A stretch of DNA of 24,000 bases from Anaerolineae bacterium. GTDB taxonomy: Bacteria; Chloroflexota; Anaerolineae; Promineifilales; Promineifilaceae. Location: NCBI GenBank assembly GCA_023382655.1, contig JAHDWK010000005.1:348138-372137 (forward strand), read 5' to 3'. The position numbers and the translations under genes were made by a program. The notes under the pieces were generated by a model. That model was not told where the DNA came from. It saw nothing but the letters and a program-made list of their open reading frames with translations, and ran no database searches. This document shows positions 8,524 through 14,405 of this stretch, piece after piece (within the stretch, counting starts at the first letter, position 1; every line of letters begins with the position of its first letter).

Positions 8524-9978
8524 ATGGCACATTTGACCAAAACCGCTTATCTGGCCTACACGCAATGCCGCAAAGCATTCTGGATGGCTGCATACCGGCC
8601 CCATCTGGCTGCGCCGCCAGACCCCGCCACCCAGCGCCGCCTGCGCGCCGGGCAAGAGGTAGATGTGCGAGCCAGAGGGCAGTTCCCCGACGGCCGTACC
8701 ATCCCCTATCGCCCGCACCCGGAAGAGATGGCGTCGCTGACGGCACAGGCCATTGCTGAAGGCGCTACCACCTTGTTCCAGGCCACTTTCCACACCGCCG
8801 ATTTGCTGGTTAAGGTGGACATTCTCACCCGCACCGCAGACGGCTGGCATTTGATAGAAGTGAAATCCAGCACCCGTTATAAGCCGGAGGAGCACTTGCC
8901 CGATGTGGCGTTTCAGTGGTACGTGCTGCAACAGGCCGGGCTGCCCCTGGCCCAGGCCAGCCTGATGCACCTGAATGGCGACTGTCGCCATCCGGATTTC
9001 AGCAACCTGTATGCCCTGACTGACATCACCGCCGAGGTGCAGGTCTATCTGCCTCAGGTAGCGGCCGATGTTATCGTCATGCGCGAAACGATGGGCCAAA
9101 CCGAGACGCCGGTTGTGGGTATTGGCCGTCACTGTCGCCAACCTTATGCCTGCGCCTATTACGCCCACTGCTGGCAGGGTGTGGCTGGCGCGACCATCTA
9201 CGATGTTCCTTATCTCAAGCGGCCAACGGAGCAGCAGTTGGACACGGACGGCATCCGCTATGTGGCCGATATTCCGCCTGATTTTGCCCTGGGTGACAAA
9301 CGGGCTGCCGCCTTTGTGACGCAACTGCGGCAGCAGCAAACGGCCGTTGACGCCGACGCCATTCGCCGTGAGCTGGCTGCCCTGACCTACCCCCTGTACT
9401 TCTTCGACTTTGAGACGATTGATTACGCCATCCCCACCTTTACCGGCTGTAAACCGTATCAGCAAGCCCCTTTTCAATATAGCTGCCACGTGCTGCACGC
9501 GGACGGCACGTTGACGCACCATGTGTATTTGCACACAACGCCGGATGATCCGCGACGGCCGTTAATCCACTCCCTGCTCGAACACATCGGCGAAACGGGC
9601 AGTATCATCGTCTACCATGCCCCGTTTGAAAAAGGGCGGCTGAGAGAACTGGCCGATGCCTTTCCCGAACATGCGACCCGTTTATTAGACATGGTTGACC
9701 GCTTGTGGGACCAACTGGACATTTTCAAAAAACATTATCGGGATTATCGGTTTGGCGGCTCTAATTCGCTGAAATCTGTCCTGCCGGTGGTAGCGCCGGC
9801 GTTGAGCTACCAATCGTTAGCCGTGCAAAACGGGCAGCAGGCGCAGGTGGTATGGGAGCAGATGGTCGGGGAGGGGGACACGGCCGTGAAAGAGCAACTG
9901 GCCGCACAACTGCGTGCCTACTGCCATCTGGACACGCTGGCCATGGTGGAAATTCATCGCACCCTGGTTAATTTGTAG
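8524..9978 (+). CDS. DUF2779-type protein: N-terminal Cas4/RecB-like PD-(D/E)xK nuclease with a Cys cluster plus a C-terminal RNase H/DEDD-like domain
   Basis: The 484-aa product starts with LTKTAYLAYTQCRKAFW. DILTRTADGWHLIEVKSST provides D...E-V-K nuclease motifs. CRQPYACAYYAHCW is Cas4-like in its Cys spacing, together with the N-terminal Cys. LYFFDFETIDYAIP and PFQYSCH follow, and I associate them with DUF2779. Confidence 0.65.
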   Translation: MAHLTKTAYLAYTQCRKAFWMAAYRPHLAAPPDPATQRRLRAGQEVDVRARGQFPDGRTIPYRPHPEEMASLTAQAIAEGATTLFQATFHTADLLVKVDILTRTADGWHLIEVKSSTRYKPEEHLPDVAFQWYVLQQAGLPLAQASLMHLNGDCRHPDFSNLYALTDITAEVQVYLPQVAADVIVMRETMGQTETPVVGIGRHCRQPYACAYYAHCWQGVAGATIYDVPYLKRPTEQQLDTDGIRYVADIPPDFALGDKRAAAFVTQLRQQQTAVDADAIRRELAALTYPLYFFDFETIDYAIPTFTGCKPYQQAPFQYSCHVLHADGTLTHHVYLHTTPDDPRRPLIHSLLEHIGETGSIIVYHAPFEKGRLRELADAFPEHATRLLDMVDRLWDQLDIFKKHYRDYRFGGSNSLKSVLPVVAPALSYQSLAVQNGQQAQVVWEQMVGEGDTAVKEQLAAQLRAYCHLDTLAMVEIHRTLVNL

Positions 9979-10017
9979 CCACCTGGCACAAGTGAGAGGC
10001 AAGGAGAAGGTGAAAAA

Positions 10018-12684
10018 ATGGCAGAAATTCAATTGCAGGTCAACGGCCGTACTCACACCATAAACGCCCATCCTGACACACCGCTACTCTACATCTTACG
10101 CCAGGACTTGGGGCTGAAAAGCCCCAAATATGGCTGCGGCGCGGAGCAGTGTGGCGCATGTAAAGTCCTGGTGGATGGCCAGGCTGTGCCCTCTTGCCAG
10201 TTGCCTGTACACCGCGTACAGGGTTTGCCCATCATCACGTTGGAAGGGTTAGGTACGGCCGAAAAGCCACATCCCCTCCAGGAAGCGTTTATGGCCGAGC
10301 AGGCCATCCAGTGCGGCTATTGTGCCAGCGGCATGATCATCGCCGCCCAGGGGTTGCTCAATCGGGTGCGCTACCCCAGCGACGACGAGATTCGGGGGGC
10401 GCTGGCCGATAACCTTTGCCGCTGCGGCGTCTATGACCGGGTGCGCCGGGCCATCAAGTTGCGTATTGGCCGCCCGGAGCCAGCGCCCATCTACGAAGTG
10501 CATCAGACAGAAACACCCGCGGAGACGGGGACGCCGCCCCCCTTACCGCGCAGCCTGCAACAGACGCCCGACCTGGATCGCTGGCTTCGTATCAATGCGG
10601 ACGAGACCATCACCATTTTCACCGGCAAGGTGGATTATGGTCAGGGGCTAAAAACGGCCGTGGCTCAAATTGTGGCCGAAGAACTGGATGTGTCGCTGGC
10701 ACGCATTCATGTGGTTATGGCCGATACGGCCCAGACGCCTGATGAGGGCATGACCACCGGCAGCATGTCCCTGGAAACAAGCGGTTTAGCCTTGCGCTGG
10801 GTGGCCGCCGCCGCCCGGCATCACCTCCTGTCGGTGGCGTATGAGGTCTTGGAAGCGCCACGTGAACGGCTCGTGGTCAACGATGGCCTGATTACCGACC
10901 CGGTTTCCGGGCGCAGCGTCACCTATGGGGAGTTGTTTGGCGGGCGACCATTCGGATTCCAGGTCACGGGGAATATCCTGCCCAAAGCACCAGAAACGTA
11001 TAATGTTATTGGGCAGCCAAGCGAACGCCTCGACCTGCTGCCCAAAGTGACCGGCGCGGCCACCTTCATCCACGATTTAGAGCTGCCGGGCATGGTTCAC
11101 GGCCGTGTCCTCCGCCCACCTCATGCTCATGCACGATTACTGTCAGTGGATGCAGCCACCGTAGCTGGGATGCCGGGTGTGTTACAGGTGGTACGGGACG
11201 GCCGTTTTCTGGCCGTTATTGCCGAACGGGAAGAGCAGGCCATCAACGCCCTGACCGCTTTGGCCGACAGTGCGGTTTGGGAAGGGTCGGCCCAATTGCC
11301 ACCCGCCGATCAGCTATACCGCGACCTCTTTGCCCAGCCAGACCAGCCGCTGCTCATCGTGGCGGGCACGGCCGTGGACGACCCCATTCCCCCGACCCCG
11401 ATTCCGCTTGAGGCGGCGCAAACGCTGCGGGCCACCTACCATCGCCCCTACCAGATGCACGCCTCCCTCGGCCCGTCGGTGGCCGTAGCCCATTTTGACG
11501 ACGGTAAGTTGACCATCTGGACGCAGGCGCAGGGCGTCTTTCCGCCCCGCGCCGCCATTGCCCACGTCCTGGGCATGAAAGAAGCGGACATTCACGTCAT
11601 ATACCGGGAAGGGGCGGGCGTTTATGGGCACAATGGCGCGGATGACGCGGCCCTGGATGCCGCCTTGCTGGCGCGGGTGCTGCCTGGCCGCCCCGTCTCG
11701 CTGAAATGGATGCGCGCCGACGAACATGGCTGGGAGCCATATGCTCCGGCGATGAAGATTGAACTACAGGCCAGCCTGGATAGTACGGGGGCGATCATAG
11801 ATTGGCAGCAAGATGTCTGGAGTCCTTCCCACCTGGGGCGGTCGCGTTCTGGGCCTGGTATTTCCGGTTTACTGGCCGCGGCTTATCTGGCTGACCCGCT
11901 GTGGCCGCCACCGTCAGCGCCAGCACGAGGTACACACAGCGGCAGCTATCGCAATGCCGACCCGCTGTATGCCTTTGCCCGGCGGCGGATTGTGGCCCAT
12001 CATTTGCCGACCAGCCCGCTGCGCGTTTCGGCCATGCGCGGCCTGGGGGCGGTGGCTAACGTTTTTGCCATCGAGTCGTTTATGGATGAGTTGGCCTACG
12101 CTTCCGGGCAAGACCCGGTAGCTTTTCGCCTGCGCCACCTGGCCGACGAGCGGGCCAAAGCGGTGATTGAAGCGGCGGCTATAAAAGCAGGTTGGCAAAC
12201 GGGCAGGCAGCAATTGGGTCACGGCCGTGGCCGGGGCATCGGTTTTGGTCAATACAAAAACCGGCAGGCGTATACGGCCGTGGTGGTTGACCTGCATGTG
12301 GATGACAGTGGGGAAATTCACCTGGAACACGCCGTCATCGCCGCCGATGCCGGGCAAATTGTCAATCCCGATGGGCTGAGTAATCAGTTGGAAGGCGGCT
12401 TTATTCAGGCGGCCAGCCTCACACTCTATGAACAGGTCACCTGGAATGAACAAGGAATTACCAGTTGTGATTGGGATAGCTACCCTATCTTACGCTTTCC
12501 CCAGGCGCCGGTGATTGAAAACGTGTTGTTGAATCGCCCCCACCTGCCGTTTTTAGGCGCGGGCGAGGCATCTCTGGGGCCAACGGCCGCCGCCATTGCC
12601 AACGCCGTCTTTGCCGCCACCGGGCAGCGCTGGCGCGATTTGCCGTTGACGCAGCAAAGTGCCTTTACCCGCACGACCACTTGA
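10018..12684 (+). CDS. Fused [2Fe-2S] small subunit plus molybdopterin-binding large subunit of an aldehyde oxidase/xanthine dehydrogenase-family oxidoreductase (IorA-IorB-like fusion)
   Basis: Residues 1-150 carry both 2Fe-2S motifs: GCGAEQCGACKVLVDG, and QCGYCASGMI with CRCGVYDRV. The remaining roughly 730 aa resemble IorB-type Mo-binding subunits (KVDYGQGLKTAVAQIVAEEL, ADT..TPDEGMTTGS, GAGVYGHNG, GQIVNPDGLSNQLEGG, GAGEASLGP). The ATG is preceded by AAGGAGAAGGTG. Confidence 0.85.
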   Translation: MAEIQLQVNGRTHTINAHPDTPLLYILRQDLGLKSPKYGCGAEQCGACKVLVDGQAVPSCQLPVHRVQGLPIITLEGLGTAEKPHPLQEAFMAEQAIQCGYCASGMIIAAQGLLNRVRYPSDDEIRGALADNLCRCGVYDRVRRAIKLRIGRPEPAPIYEVHQTETPAETGTPPPLPRSLQQTPDLDRWLRINADETITIFTGKVDYGQGLKTAVAQIVAEELDVSLARIHVVMADTAQTPDEGMTTGSMSLETSGLALRWVAAAARHHLLSVAYEVLEAPRERLVVNDGLITDPVSGRSVTYGELFGGRPFGFQVTGNILPKAPETYNVIGQPSERLDLLPKVTGAATFIHDLELPGMVHGRVLRPPHAHARLLSVDAATVAGMPGVLQVVRDGRFLAVIAEREEQAINALTALADSAVWEGSAQLPPADQLYRDLFAQPDQPLLIVAGTAVDDPIPPTPIPLEAAQTLRATYHRPYQMHASLGPSVAVAHFDDGKLTIWTQAQGVFPPRAAIAHVLGMKEADIHVIYREGAGVYGHNGADDAALDAALLARVLPGRPVSLKWMRADEHGWEPYAPAMKIELQASLDSTGAIIDWQQDVWSPSHLGRSRSGPGISGLLAAAYLADPLWPPPSAPARGTHSGSYRNADPLYAFARRRIVAHHLPTSPLRVSAMRGLGAVANVFAIESFMDELAYASGQDPVAFRLRHLADERAKAVIEAAAIKAGWQTGRQQLGHGRGRGIGFGQYKNRQAYTAVVVDLHVDDSGEIHLEHAVIAADAGQIVNPDGLSNQLEGGFIQAASLTLYEQVTWNEQGITSCDWDSYPILRFPQAPVIENVLLNRPHLPFLGAGEASLGPTAAAIANAVFAATGQRWRDLPLTQQSAFTRTTT

Positions 12685-12762
12685 GTGGCGACCACTTGAG
12701 TCCCTCAAATTTGTATTCAGATGCTGGCGACTGTCCACACCGGGTGCCAGATTCAGGCACAC

Positions 12763-12794
12763 AAAAAAGAGCCATCTCGCGAAAGAGATGGCTC
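12763..12794 (-). terminator. Intrinsic terminator of the micropeptide gene
   Basis: On the - strand the sequence reads GAGCCATCTC-TTTCGC-GAGATGGCTC-TTTTTT. This is a 10-bp perfect stem, a 6-nt loop and a T6 tract. It begins 27 nt after the micropeptide stop codon. It is unidirectional, with no T-tract on the + strand side. Confidence 0.8.
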
Positions 12795-12821
12795 GTTGGA
12801 TCATGCGTGTGTTCGGTTGAA

Positions 12822-12884
12822 TTAGCAGCCGCAGCCACAACCAGAACCGCCACAGCAATCAGATTTTTGTTGCCGGACTAACAT
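12822..12884 (-). CDS. 20-aa Cys/Gly-rich micropeptide MLVRQQKSDCCGGSGCGCGC (7 Cys); function unknown
   Basis: This ORF is below the track's length cut-off. The ATG (12884-12882) is preceded by GGAGGT at 8-nt spacing (aatGGAGGTaaacctgATG). The stop is TAA. A near-consensus promoter lies upstream and a strong terminator lies downstream, forming a complete monocistronic unit of about 200 bp. Confidence 0.6.
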   Translation of the reverse strand: MLVRQQKSDCCGGSGCGCGC

Positions 12885-12922
12885 CAGGTTTACCTCCATT
12901 TAGAATTTTTTGCTCACTACAC

Positions 12923-12971
12923 ATAGACGATCATCTATGCGTTATTATATAGAAGATCGTCTATATGTCAA
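12923..12971 (-). promoter_or_regulatory. Near-consensus sigma70 promoter of the micropeptide gene with two 16-bp palindromic operators
   Basis: All elements read on the - strand. TTGACA lies at 12971-12966, followed by a 16-nt spacer and TATAAT at 12949-12944. Operator A (12949-12964, + strand ATAGAAGATCGTCTAT) fills the spacer. Operator B (12923-12938, + strand ATAGACGATCATCTAT) covers the expected transcription start. Both fit ATAGA-n-GATC-n-TCTAT. Their centres are 26 bp apart. Confidence 0.6.
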
Positions 12972-13061
12972 CCCCTACCCAATGACAATTCTCCGCGCGC
13001 TGGTCACCTGTGGATTCAGCGCCCATGAGGGCATGACCTGTCAAGGAAATATGCAACTCTT

Positions 13062-13098
13062 TTGAAATTTGTACAAGTCGCAGTATACTGAGTATAAT
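13062..13098 (+). promoter_or_regulatory. Candidate padR-operon promoter(s) with an embedded 10-bp palindrome
   Basis: One candidate is TTGAAA (13062-13067), N16, TATACT (13084-13089). An overlapping alternative is TGTACA (13070-13075), N17, TATAAT (13093-13098). The perfect palindrome CAGTATACTG (13081-13090) overlaps the first -10. The padR ATG at 13131 has AAGGAG upstream. Confidence 0.4.
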
Positions 13099-13130
13099 AC
13101 CGGGTATATTCTTGCAAGGAGATTAATCTT

Positions 13131-13682
13131 ATGACTGTTCGCCACGCCATGCTGGCCTTGTTAAGCAATCACCCGAAGTTTGGTTTGCAGTTGCAACAGG
13201 AGTTTGAGTCGGGGACAGGCAAGGTATGGCCTCTCAACGTGGGCCAGGTCTACACGACTCTCCAACGCCTTGAACGAGATGGACTCATCGAATGTGAGAG
13301 TGGGGAAGTTAGGGGTTCACAGAAAGATTACAGAATTACCCCGGCCGGTCGCACCGAACTTACCAACTGGCTCCAGACACCGCCCGATTTAGAACCTCCG
13401 CCAAGGGATGAGCTGGTCATCAAAGTGTTGGCGGCCTTGCGGGTGCCAGGCATCAATGTGCCAGAGCTTTTGCAGATATACCGTCGCCACCTGGTTGAGG
13501 TAATGCAGGGCTACACCTATCTAAAAGCAGAGGGAGTAGATGACGATGTGGCCCTGGCCCTCATTGTGGATGCCCAACTATTCCAGCTTGAAGGGATTAT
13601 ACGGTGGCTCGATTCGGCCGATATTCGCTTGAGGCAATTCGCACCCACCGGCTCAGACATAGGTAATATTGTGGAGGTTTGA
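13131..13682 (+). CDS. PadR family transcriptional regulator (long form with C-terminal dimerisation domain)
   Basis: The 183-aa product has a winged-HTH signature: AMLALLSNHPKFGLQLQQEFE....WPLNVGQVYTTLQRLERDGLIE, then KDYRITPAGRTEL. A helical C-terminal domain follows. Confidence 0.88.
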   Translation: MTVRHAMLALLSNHPKFGLQLQQEFESGTGKVWPLNVGQVYTTLQRLERDGLIECESGEVRGSQKDYRITPAGRTELTNWLQTPPDLEPPPRDELVIKVLAALRVPGINVPELLQIYRRHLVEVMQGYTYLKAEGVDDDVALALIVDAQLFQLEGIIRWLDSADIRLRQFAPTGSDIGNIVEV

Positions 13683-13685
13683 CAA

Positions 13686-14405
13686 ATGACTATAGCACTC
13701 GAACTACGCCAGGTATCAAAAGTCTATGGCGAAGGCCCAACGGCCGTTCGTGCCTTGTGGCAGATTGACTTGTCAGTTAAACGAGGCCAATTGGTAGCCA
13801 TTATGGGGCCGAGCGGATCGGGCAAAAGTACGCTGTTGACGATTGCCGGCAGCCTGGAGGGCCCAACCAGTGGTGAGGTGCTGGTTGGTGGCGCGGCACT
13901 GTCGAGTCTGTCGCGCGATGACCGGGCACGGCTGCGCTGTCGATCAATCGGTTATGTATTTCAGGACTTCAACTTGTTGGCAGGGCTTACGGCGGTAGAG
14001 AATGTGGGGCTTCCTTTGGAGCTGGGCGGTGCGGCCGTCAAAATCGCCCGGTCAGCCGGAATGCAGGCCCTTGAGGCGCTAGGGATCGCGGATCGGGCTG
14101 CCCATTATCCTGATGAACTATCGGGTGGTGAACGACAACGGGTCGCCATTGCTCGAGCCATCGTTGGCGAGCGCTATTTACTGCTCGCTGATGAACCAAC
14201 CGGAGCTCTGGATTCAGTGAATGGAGAGGCGGTGATGCGCCTGCTGCGTACTGCCTGTCAACGTGGGGTAGCTGGTGTTGTTGTAACCCATGACGCTCAA
14301 TTGGCCTCTTGGGCCGATCGGGTCGTGTTTTTGCGCGATGGGAGGGTGGTTGACCAGACTTCATCGCCGAGATTGGAGGTTGCTTACACGGAGGCGATGC
14401 CATGA
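13686..14405 (+). CDS. ABC transporter ATP-binding protein (MacB/LolD/BceA-like subfamily)
   Basis: Walker A is GPSGSGKSTLL, the signature is LSGGERQRVAIARA, Walker B is LLLADEPTGALD, and the H-loop is VVVTHD. The gene starts 3 nt after the padR stop. Confidence 0.9.
   Translation: MTIALELRQVSKVYGEGPTAVRALWQIDLSVKRGQLVAIMGPSGSGKSTLLTIAGSLEGPTSGEVLVGGAALSSLSRDDRARLRCRSIGYVFQDFNLLAGLTAVENVGLPLELGGAAVKIARSAGMQALEALGIADRAAHYPDELSGGERQRVAIARAIVGERYLLLADEPTGALDSVNGEAVMRLLRTACQRGVAGVVVTHDAQLASWADRVVFLRDGRVVDQTSSPRLEVAYTEAMP

Noticed and set aside
7824-8746. Tracked ORFs in the gene-poor gap (7824-8045 -, 8153-8470 +, 8297-8746 -)
   Set aside because: They have no SD and no recognisable motifs, and their composition is Pro/Arg/Ala-rich. 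The last one overlaps the well-supported DUF2779 gene start. I treat them as noise and flag the region only as a possible ncRNA or pseudogene.
12553-12858. Tracked - strand ORFs of 101 aa (12553-12858) and 62 aa (12665-12853) overlapping the micropeptide locus
   Set aside because: They run through the intrinsic terminator (12763-12794) and into the 3' end of the convergent oxidoreductase gene. They lack an SD and have noise-like composition. The 20-codon ORF in a different frame has the full set of expression signals instead.
12822-12884. Micropeptide ORF as a Cys-codon-rich leader peptide of a transcription attenuator
   Set aside because: A terminator does follow the ORF. However, nothing downstream on that strand could be regulated. 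The next sequence is the 3' end of a convergent gene. I see no alternative anti-terminator pairing.
12822-12884. Micropeptide as a direct substrate of the C39-peptidase exporter via its internal Gly-Gly (…DCCGG/SGCGCGC)
   Set aside because: The part before the GG is only 13 residues and contains two Cys. It has none of the features of NHLP, Nif11 or double-glycine leaders. The gene is also separated from the exporter operon by an oppositely oriented operon. I keep it only as a remote possibility.
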